Part shown: piece by piece, positions 8,022 to 15,265 of the stretch
Layout: each line of letters starts with the position of its first letter
Position numbering within the stretch: the first letter of the stretch is position 1
Origin: Thermotogota bacterium
GTDB taxonomy: Bacteria > Thermotogota > Thermotogae > Petrotogales > Kosmotogaceae
DNA length: 19,052 nucleotides
Assembly: GCA_034660555.1 (NCBI GenBank)
Contig: JAYEJL010000038.1
Span: 1 to 19,052 of the forward strand
Direction of reading: 5' to 3'
Translations under genes and position numbers: made by a program
Notes under the pieces: generated by a model
Told to the model about the DNA's origin: nothing
Database searches by the model: none
The model's input: the letters and a program-made list of their open reading frames with translations, nothing else

Positions 8022-9353
8022 TTATATATTATGCTCTTCAATAAAAGAATCAAGTATCTGTTCAAGTGTTGGTTCTCCAATTTCCTGTAGCTCATATCTA
8101 ACTCTGACTGCAGGTTTATCAATGTCTATAACCCTTCTAAGATCAATTGGAGTTCCAATTATCACAAGTTCCGCATCTGATTTATTAATAGTATCCTCTA
8201 ATTCTTTCATCTGTTTATCTCCGTAACCCATAGCTGGAAGAATTTCGCTTAGATGGTTATATTTATTGTAGGTATCCACGATTGAACCAACAGCATAAGG
8301 TCTCGGATCAATAATTTCTTTGGCACCATATTTCCTCGCTGCTACCCATCCTGCACCATATTCCATTCCACCATGTGTTAATGTGGGACCATCTTCAACA
8401 ACGAGAACCTTCTTACCCTTAATTGATTTGCTGTTCTCAACTACAAGGGGAGATGCTCCATCAACAACTGTTGCATCAGGATTGTACTTAGAAATATTTT
8501 CCCTTACCTCGTCTATACCTTCTGCGCTAGCTGTTTCTTCTTTATTAATAACAACAACATCTGCCATCATAAGGTTTGCCATTCCCGGATAGTAACTTAA
8601 CTCATGTCCCGGTCTGTGTGGGTCAGCAACTGTTATATACAGATCAGTATGGTAGAAAGAGAAATCATTATTTCCACCATCCCAGAGAATTACATCGGCA
8701 TCTTCTTTTTCTGCTTCTCTCAAAATAGCTTCATAATCAACACCAGCATAGATTATTGAACCTCTATCGATATGTGGTTCGTATTCTTCACGTTCTTCTA
8801 TGGTACATTCATGCTTGTCGAGATCTGAGTAATCTGCAAATCTCTGGACCTTCTGTTTTACCAGGTCACCATAGGGCATGGGATGTCTTATAGATACAAC
8901 CTTTTTGCCTTTTTCTCTTAGGATATCAAGAACTCTTCGTGTAGTCTGACTTTTTCCACATCCGGTTCTTACAGCACAAACAGAAATAACAGGCTTTGTA
9001 GATTTCACCATTGTCTTGTCGGGACCCAATAATACAAAGTTTGCTCCGTTTGCCAGAACTATCTCGGCTCTCTCCATTACATACTGATGTGGTAAGTCAC
9101 TGTAGGAAAGAACTACATCATCAATCTCATATTCTTTTATCAGTTCAGGAAGCCTGCTTTCAGCTAAAATAGGAATTCCATCAGGATAATTTTTGCCTGC
9201 TAGCTCTGCAGGATACTTTTTATCATCGATTCCTGGAATCTGTGTTGCTGTGAATGCTACAACTTCGTACTCATCGTTGTCACGATAATAAGTGTTGAAA
9301 TTGTGAAAGTCTCGACCTGCTGCACCAAGTATCAATACTCTTTTCTTTGACAC
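8022..9353 (-). CDS. arcE: Arginine synthetase ArcE-like P-loop NTPase (COG2403, often annotated cyclic 2,3-diphosphoglycerate synthetase-like or GTPase)
   Basis: LGAAGRDFHNFN, VAFTATQIP, P-loop RTGCGKSQT, RHPMPYGDL, TIEEREEYEPH, WDGGNND and EDGPTLTHGGM motifs. GGAGGTG RBS with a GTG start. The family assignment is strong; the ArcE function is from recalled similarity. Confidence 0.78.
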   Translation of the reverse strand: MSKKRVLILGAAGRDFHNFNTYYRDNDEYEVVAFTATQIPGIDDKKYPAELAGKNYPDGIPILAESRLPELIKEYEIDDVVLSYSDLPHQYVMERAEIVLANGANFVLLGPDKTMVKSTKPVISVCAVRTGCGKSQTTRRVLDILREKGKKVVSIRHPMPYGDLVKQKVQRFADYSDLDKHECTIEEREEYEPHIDRGSIIYAGVDYEAILREAEKEDADVILWDGGNNDFSFYHTDLYITVADPHRPGHELSYYPGMANLMMADVVVINKEETASAEGIDEVRENISKYNPDATVVDGASPLVVENSKSIKGKKVLVVEDGPTLTHGGMEYGAGWVAARKYGAKEIIDPRPYAVGSIVDTYNKYNHLSEILPAMGYGDKQMKELEDTINKSDAELVIIGTPIDLRRVIDIDKPAVRVRYELQEIGEPTLEQILDSFIEEHNI

Positions 9354-9475
9354 TTAATTCACCTCCATATATTTTATTACTGAATTGATTCTAACAATAA
9401 TAACAATAATGAGTAAAAAGGAATCTTTACGAATCTATGGCCTCTATTAAAAATAATCAGCGTCTAACGTTGTTA

Positions 9476-9489
9476 TGCATAACTATACA
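9476..9489. promoter_or_regulatory. Candidate ArgR/AhrC ARG box upstream of the arcE-like gene
   Basis: TGCATAACTATACA compared with the consensus TGMATWWWWATKCA (2 mismatches), about 120 bp upstream of the start codon. Confidence 0.45.
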
Positions 9490-9506
9490 GAACTATACGA
9501 AAAACG

Positions 9507-9695
9507 TTATCCACCACGCACATTTTCTATGATAAGTACTGAGGAATATTTTGAAATATTATCAGTTTCATTCATTTTTTTACCGTTAGCCAGAACAGTA
9601 ACCCGTTCCTTTTCTAACTTCGACTTATTCAAAAGCTCATCAACAGATAATTCCTTAGCAAAAGTCCATATTTTTTTGTCATACAAGACTCTCAT
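9507..9695 (-). CDS. MoaD/ThiS family ubiquitin-like sulfur carrier protein
   Basis: 62 aa with a beta-grasp pattern (SVDELL..VTVLANG..VLII) and a C-terminal Gly-Gly (ENVRGG). AGGAG RBS. Confidence 0.8.
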   Translation of the reverse strand: MRVLYDKKIWTFAKELSVDELLNKSKLEKERVTVLANGKKMNETDNISKYSSVLIIENVRGG

Positions 9696-9829
9696 TGGTA
9701 TCTCCTGGACCGAGTGTATCTGACCATGGTAATTTCAATTTTCTTTAGAAATTATTCTGTAAATTAATTACAGACATTTTCCTGTTAATTCTATCATAGT
9801 AGTTTGAATTAGTCTTCTCACGTTGTTCA

Positions 9830-9858
9830 TTGAAAGAGGGCAACCACTGTGCTAAAAT
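9830..9858 (+). promoter_or_regulatory. sigma70 promoter of tRNA-Pro
   Basis: TTGAAA-17 bp-TAAAAT with an extended TG, ending 8 nt before the tRNA 5' end. Confidence 0.75.
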
Positions 9859-9866
9859 TAATCTTG

Positions 9867-9942
9867 CGGGGAGTAGCGCAGATGGAAGCGTGTCTGCATG
9901 GGGCGCAGAAGGTCGCTGGTTCAAGTCCAGTCTCCCCGACCA
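9867..9942 (+). tRNA. tRNA-Pro (anticodon GGG)
   Basis: 76-nt cloverleaf: acceptor CGGGGAG/CTCCCCG, D-arm GCGC/GCGT, anticodon stem TCTGC/GCAGA with loop ATGGGGC, T-loop TTCAAGT, discriminator A and encoded CCA. Confidence 0.96.
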
Positions 9943-9972
9943 AAAGCGGAGATATTTTTCCTCCGCTTTTTT
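9942..9972. terminator. Bidirectional terminator between tRNA-Pro and the amylase gene
   Basis: AAAAGCGGAG-9 nt-CTCCGCTTTTTT. Confidence 0.85.
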
Positions 9973-9992
9973 ATTTTTATTTACAGTCTAAC

Positions 9993-12509
9993 TTATTCGA
10001 TCTCTATGAGTATATCGTCCATTATATAAGGATCTTCTTTAGTACCGCCACCGAAATGATAAGCTTTTGGCTCTGGAAAAAGATCACGATACTTCGCTTC
10101 AATTCCGTCGAAGTCCCAGGTTGTTATATAAAAATTATAATCTTCCAGGTTGTCTGGTCTATCAAGAAGCTCTCCCAAGATTATCAAGGTCACTTCATTT
10201 TTCATTTTATCTGTTTTTACAAGTGGTGTAGGCGAAATTGGAGTTCCAAAATTCTCCGGACCACTTCCATCAGATGAATAGGCAACTATGGACCATCCAT
10301 TTGCAAATATGAAGTAATCCCAATCATAGTCTTCGGGCATTTTTGCATTCAATTTTGGAAGTTCCGTGGTGCCTGTCTTTTTGGGATCATCTATAAAAAT
10401 CTGGAATGTGACATGATCAAATCCGTTTTGTGGACTCCAGGAGGTAGTAAGATTAGCGGTTTCCATGGAAATGTTTATGCTTGAACCAATCTTTTTTACG
10501 GTAACACCTAAAAGATCCATCTGTTCATTGAAGGTTACATCCGAAGGATATTTGTAATCCCCTGTTGGTCCATGATCGTCACCTTCAGGATCTTCAACCT
10601 GTGCAATTATCTCTTCTGGAATATCCAGAACTATTCTGTAATCTTCCGAATATTTTGAGTTTGTCCTTTTTTCTCCATACACTTTAAAAAGAACTGTATG
10701 TACTCCTGGATCAAATTTGGAAATATCCCATTCATATGACCATTTATTATCCTTTACGGGAATCTCAACAGCCTGGTCTATACGTCTGTCGAAGATTAAT
10801 CTTATTCTTTCTGCATCTTTTGATGTTCCTGTTATTACATAGTTAGAGTCTATCTTCATCCCATCCTCAAGATCCGGATATATTTCCACCGTATTCCTGT
10901 CAATTTCATCTTTCTCGGCAGTTGCCATTCCTACATATACACAGCGAGGATTCAAAACAAGGTCTATCTCTCCGTCAGAGTCGGTCGAATAGCTTTTTGC
11001 CAGTGTAGCTTCGGTAAATAAAGGTTTTACAACACTGCCAGGTTCCAATCCTGTTTCAAGATTTGCCAGGATACGCCTTTCCTGTGATGTGTTAAAAAGC
11101 ACAAATGCAGTTTTTTCCCCATTATCGATCCTATAAGCAAAGACTCCAGGTCCATTTGGATTTTCTTTCAATACTTCCACTGAACCATATCGGAAAACAG
11201 GGTTGTTTTTTCTCAGTACTATTAATTCCTGAATGAAATTATATAACTCAAAGTTTCTGTCATAGTGATCTTCACCGCCTGAAGCGTATCCTTCTTTAAA
11301 CATTGCCGCTCTCGTTTCGGAAAATCCCTGTTCAGTTCCGTAGTAAACCGTAGGAATGCCTGGAATAGTAAAAATAAATGACAATGCCTGTTTCAGATTT
11401 ATCAGACCAGCACCTTGAAGGAACCTTTCCATGTCATGGTTGTCGACAAAAGTAACCATTCTTTCGGGATTCTCGTAAATCTGTTGTCTCTGTTCCAGTC
11501 TATAAGCAAGGTTTGAAGTAGATTTTCCTTCCTTGAAAACCTGTCTTAGAGCAATATTCAGAGGAAAATCGAGCATCGCATTCATTCCGTCGTTGAAGTA
11601 TTCTTTTATCTTCTTTTCGGCTGTATTATCAAAGGCTTCTGTGCTCACCCAGGCTTCACCAAAGGTTATGAAGGTATCATTGCTTTTTCCTGTTTCTATT
11701 GCTGCCTCATATATTCCATCTTCTCCATTAAGGAACTCTTTCCAGAATTCATGAGGTACATAGATTACTGTGTCTATTCTGAATCCATCTATATTTACTT
11801 CCTTTATCCAGTGTGTATATGAGTCTTTCAACGCTTCTACAACCTCAGGATTTTCTGTATTGAGATCATCCAGTCCTGACATCTGGTAACTGAGACGCTG
11901 TTCATCACTTTCAAAATTCGTAATATCCGGTGTCCAGTGATAAATACTTTGATCTTTATCTTCATTGTAGTTATTTAACGAAAAGGGATATTGAGTGGGC
12001 GAATTTGAAGGAGCACTTTCTTCATTCAACTGAAACTCTCCATCGACAAATCGGAAGTAATCACCCACGTGATTTGTCACAATATCCTGAATAACATAAA
12101 TACCGCGTTTATGAGCTTCTTCAACCAATTTTTTATAGAGCTCCATATTACCAAAATGCTCATCTACTTTCTTAAAATCACGTGCCCAGTATCCGTGATA
12201 ACCTCCGTAATTAACCCAGGGATTCCACCACTGATTTGCAACCGGAGGGGTTATCCATATCGCAGTTATTCCAAGATCTTTAAGGTAATCCAGCTTCTCT
12301 ATCAAGCCCTGTAGATCCCCACCATTGTAATGTGCGTTGTCAATACCATATTCACCTTCATTGAAATTGTCATTGGATGGGTCTCCATTGGCAAAACGAT
12401 CCAGCATAAGCATGTATATTACCTGATCTTCCCACTGTGGTTCCGCAGAATGGACAGAAATTGCAACAGAAACGAAAATAATAGTAATCAAAAAGATTTT
12501 TTTATACAT
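9993..12509 (-). CDS. Secreted GH13 alpha-amylase family enzyme with Ig-like and C-terminal glucodextranase DOMON-like domains
   Basis: Signal peptide. GH13 regions DIVTNH, GFRIDTV (nucleophile), FGEAW (acid/base) and FVDNHD. C-terminal DPEGDDHGP..YKYP..QMDLL..WSPQNGFDH DOMON-like module. Confidence 0.92.
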   Translation of the reverse strand: MYKKIFLITIIFVSVAISVHSAEPQWEDQVIYMLMLDRFANGDPSNDNFNEGEYGIDNAHYNGGDLQGLIEKLDYLKDLGITAIWITPPVANQWWNPWVNYGGYHGYWARDFKKVDEHFGNMELYKKLVEEAHKRGIYVIQDIVTNHVGDYFRFVDGEFQLNEESAPSNSPTQYPFSLNNYNEDKDQSIYHWTPDITNFESDEQRLSYQMSGLDDLNTENPEVVEALKDSYTHWIKEVNIDGFRIDTVIYVPHEFWKEFLNGEDGIYEAAIETGKSNDTFITFGEAWVSTEAFDNTAEKKIKEYFNDGMNAMLDFPLNIALRQVFKEGKSTSNLAYRLEQRQQIYENPERMVTFVDNHDMERFLQGAGLINLKQALSFIFTIPGIPTVYYGTEQGFSETRAAMFKEGYASGGEDHYDRNFELYNFIQELIVLRKNNPVFRYGSVEVLKENPNGPGVFAYRIDNGEKTAFVLFNTSQERRILANLETGLEPGSVVKPLFTEATLAKSYSTDSDGEIDLVLNPRCVYVGMATAEKDEIDRNTVEIYPDLEDGMKIDSNYVITGTSKDAERIRLIFDRRIDQAVEIPVKDNKWSYEWDISKFDPGVHTVLFKVYGEKRTNSKYSEDYRIVLDIPEEIIAQVEDPEGDDHGPTGDYKYPSDVTFNEQMDLLGVTVKKIGSSINISMETANLTTSWSPQNGFDHVTFQIFIDDPKKTGTTELPKLNAKMPEDYDWDYFIFANGWSIVAYSSDGSGPENFGTPISPTPLVKTDKMKNEVTLIILGELLDRPDNLEDYNFYITTWDFDGIEAKYRDLFPEPKAYHFGGGTKEDPYIMDDILIEIE

Positions 12510-12522
12510 ATTTCAACACCCC

Positions 12523-13089
12523 TTACACCAAAATATTGTTGAAAAACTCCCCTAGACTCTTTACTCTCAACCTGTGTTTTATATCACGATTATATGGCCA
12601 GTCGAGAATGTATGTATTTATTCCGTGCTCAATCAAGTTTGTAATATGATGTGGTGCATCATCCACTGCTGCTTCAACTCCCAAAACTCTGCACAATTCA
12701 CCTTTATTTGAAGAAACAATTACAGAACCCGAAACACCCAGATGTTTCTCAAGCCATTTCTGGGATTGAGCCTGTACCGATCGTCCCTTTATGGGAAAAC
12801 GGGATGTAATAAAATAGATATCGTGTTTTCCTTCCTTTAAAATAACTGAAAGTCTTTCAAGATCTTCATTGGAAGCATATAAAGGAAGGGTTTCATAGAA
12901 GTTTTCAGTGTTTGTTATCCTCTCCCATACTTTTTCTTCCTTCTCAAGTGTCAACTCAGGGATATTCTTCCAGAAGTCCCATTCATTAACTTCTACCTCT
13001 ACAGGTGTTCCATACATTTCATGTGCTACTTCAAGGAATGCTTTATTGAAATCTGTCAAAACATCATCCATATCGATCATTATTCTCAT
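12523..13089 (-). CDS. HAD-superfamily 5'(3')-deoxyribonucleotidase (NT5C-like)
   Basis: Motif I IDMDDVLTDF, motif II ITSR, motif III K and motif IV VDDAPH. GAGGTG RBS. Confidence 0.8.
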   Translation of the reverse strand: MRIMIDMDDVLTDFNKAFLEVAHEMYGTPVEVEVNEWDFWKNIPELTLEKEEKVWERITNTENFYETLPLYASNEDLERLSVILKEGKHDIYFITSRFPIKGRSVQAQSQKWLEKHLGVSGSVIVSSNKGELCRVLGVEAAVDDAPHHITNLIEHGINTYILDWPYNRDIKHRLRVKSLGEFFNNILV

Positions 13090-13300
13090 TCAATCACCTC
13101 ATATTTTTCAAGATAACGATACCATTGGTAACATCATAAAAAATTATAACCTAAATGATTTTCACTGTGTAAAGTAGTTTTTCAAAGGCTTTATGTATCA
13201 AACCTTTTCGAAAACCGTTTAAATAGAATCCTGATTTAACTCCAGCAAATTGTTCTATGTTCTTATCTTAAAATGGTAAGCTCAGTCAGGAGGTGATTAG

Positions 13301-15100
13301 ATGAAAAAAATCTTTATTATTTTACTGATCTGTTTTTCACTATTTGCTTATGCCAATGGAGTTGATGTGGAAACATTAAAGCAAATTGTCGAAAATGACC
13401 CGGGTGATTATGAGTCACTCTCAAAGTTACTTGAAATTTATGAAGATGAAGAAGATTATTATGCCTATATTGATACAGTTATATCTGTAATCAATAGAGT
13501 TGAAGAACCAGAAGCTAGATTGCTGCCATTTGTCTTACAGGCTGCGCGTTATGCTTCTGAACAATATCTGGACCAGGAAGAACTTGACCTTTACACATAT
13601 TTTCTTATTCATAACCCCAATTTAGGAATTGTCCACGAATTTTTTTCAGAACTGTATTATTTGTACTTAAGCGATGAGGTTAAAAAGGAAGCCATTCTAA
13701 ACATTGCAGGAGCCTTTGAGGACGTGGATAACTTCCTGGAAGAACGGTATGCTGAGTATGAAGGCACACATTACACCGATGTCACCAAACTGCTGGGCGA
13801 GTTGTTGTATGAAAGAGGTAATACCGAGTATCTCATACCGTATATAACCTCTGTTTTAAAAGACGAAAATTTTGATGAAGTCAAAAGATTACTCAATGAA
13901 TACAAAGACTCACTACAGGAAAGCCCTGATTATTATTTCATGCTCGGAATTATTAATACACATAACAAAGATCTGGAATCAGCCTTAAAGAACTTTAAAC
14001 ACGGTCAATCAATTGCATCTTCTAAAAAATTTGATGAATATCTTGATGTAATGTACTACGTTGAAATACCAGAATACCTTATTGACATTTTCGGTGCAGT
14101 TGTAACCTCAGAATCCACACAAACGCTACAATTTAATCTGCAAGACTTTGTTCGAAAGCATCCTGAAATTTACTGGATCTCTACATATCTCGAAGACCTG
14201 CCTGAACCTGTACCAATTAATGAACTTATATCCGGTTATGATGAATTATTCCTGCTAACCGAGTTTAATCCTACAAGCGAAAAGATACAGCTTGTTTTAA
14301 TGAACAGGAACGGAGAACAAATTTCTCGATTTTCCAATGTTATATACGGAAATTTCTTTGGTGACGGAATTATTTATTCATCTGGCTTTGAACAAGAAAT
14401 GATTATTTTTGAAGGCGAAACCAAAGAAACCTGGACAAACTATTCCTTTTTCATTACTTCACCTTTAAAAGACACTTTAATACTGGTAAATGATTATGAT
14501 GGAATTCTTACCTGTATAAATGAAGATCTTTCGGTTAGATGGGATCTGCAGATAGATTATTACGATTACAACACTTCCTGGTCTGCTAACGGAAAATACT
14601 TTGCATTCTGTGATTACGATTACAACTTTTACATTCTCGATACACAAACAGGCACAATAACTGAAACCTTTTCATCTGACCTTTATTATGAACAGGTTTT
14701 CGTAAGAAATAACGGGGAAATCTATGTAATTAACAGCGAAGGAAATATTGAAGGGATAAAACCAAATAAACCACTTTTAACCTCTAACACAGCAGTTTCA
14801 GCAACTTTCATAGACGATGACACTTTGATGTATCTTGAATCGACTGAAGAGCTTTTTCAGGACATTATGAAGGTAAGGGTACACATATACTCACTTGAAG
14901 ATCATATGGATAAAGTCATCGAAGAATCCATGATCCTTGTTCCGGCTCCAATAAATCAGCTTGTCGTTAGAGATGGAAATGTTTACTTTACAACATACAC
15001 AGAAACTGAATCGAATCTTGTAAGTTATGATGTAGCAACGGATGAAATCAAAACGTTGTTTACAAGCGAAAAAATGCTGCTATTTCCTGATATAAAATAA
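13301..15100 (+). CDS. Secreted acidic protein with an N-terminal TPR-like helical region and a C-terminal beta-propeller-like region
   Basis: Signal peptide (MKKIFIILLICFSLFAYA), TPR-like PDYYFMLGII..ALKNFKHG, TolB/WD-like SWSANGKYFAF..YILDTQTG. AGGAGGTG RBS. Confidence 0.6.
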   Translation: MKKIFIILLICFSLFAYANGVDVETLKQIVENDPGDYESLSKLLEIYEDEEDYYAYIDTVISVINRVEEPEARLLPFVLQAARYASEQYLDQEELDLYTYFLIHNPNLGIVHEFFSELYYLYLSDEVKKEAILNIAGAFEDVDNFLEERYAEYEGTHYTDVTKLLGELLYERGNTEYLIPYITSVLKDENFDEVKRLLNEYKDSLQESPDYYFMLGIINTHNKDLESALKNFKHGQSIASSKKFDEYLDVMYYVEIPEYLIDIFGAVVTSESTQTLQFNLQDFVRKHPEIYWISTYLEDLPEPVPINELISGYDELFLLTEFNPTSEKIQLVLMNRNGEQISRFSNVIYGNFFGDGIIYSSGFEQEMIIFEGETKETWTNYSFFITSPLKDTLILVNDYDGILTCINEDLSVRWDLQIDYYDYNTSWSANGKYFAFCDYDYNFYILDTQTGTITETFSSDLYYEQVFVRNNGEIYVINSEGNIEGIKPNKPLLTSNTAVSATFIDDDTLMYLESTEELFQDIMKVRVHIYSLEDHMDKVIEESMILVPAPINQLVVRDGNVYFTTYTETESNLVSYDVATDEIKTLFTSEKMLLFPDIK

Positions 15101-15134
15101 AAAAATAGTGGCTTTTCAAGACAACCACTTTTTT
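15099..15134. terminator. Probable bidirectional terminator between the convergent TPR and VWA genes
   Basis: AGTGGCT/AACCACT stem (G-U pair on the minus strand) flanked by A and T runs. Confidence 0.55.
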
Positions 15135-15144
15135 ATCTTTAACT

Positions 15145-15193
15145 TCTCCAGAGGCACCTGACAAAAAGGCACACTGGCAGTTCCCTCTGGAGA
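15145..15193. repeat. GC-rich imperfect inverted repeat (19-bp arms, 11-nt loop)
   Basis: TCTCCAGAGGCACCTGACA ... TGGCAGTTCCCTCTGGAGA; 16 of 19 positions are complementary and the outer 10 bp are perfect. Confidence 0.75.
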
Positions 15194-15265
15194 TTCTCTT
15201 TTGATATGCACATAAATATCTTCTGGATTGCAGGGTTCGCACAAATTCATTTCATGGGCTTATAT

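Noticed and set aside
9893..9909. A32/C38 anticodon-loop pair as an unusual decoding feature
   Set aside because: A32 is known in tRNA-Pro(GGG), and the loop is a normal 7 nt with U33 and G37. There is no evidence of a frameshift suppressor.
9867..9942. tRNA-Pro as the integration site of a genomic island
   Set aside because: I saw no integrase and no duplicated tRNA 3' end in the window. The flanking genes look chromosomal.
9849..10277. 142-aa + strand ORF
   Set aside because: It runs through the tRNA-Pro gene and its terminator and is antisense to the amylase 3' end, so it is spurious.
15145..15193. Hairpin as an integron attC site or glycine/cobalamin riboswitch
   Set aside because: It lacks paired RYYYAAC/GTTRRRY ends and the conserved riboswitch cores, and it lies between convergent genes rather than in a 5' leader.
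15060..15250. Short minus-strand ORFs (60 aa in the track, and a roughly 44-aa MNLCEPCN... frame) over the hairpin
   Set aside because: They have no RBS or recognisable motif and overlap the terminator and/or the TPR gene end. The inverted repeat explains the sequence better.
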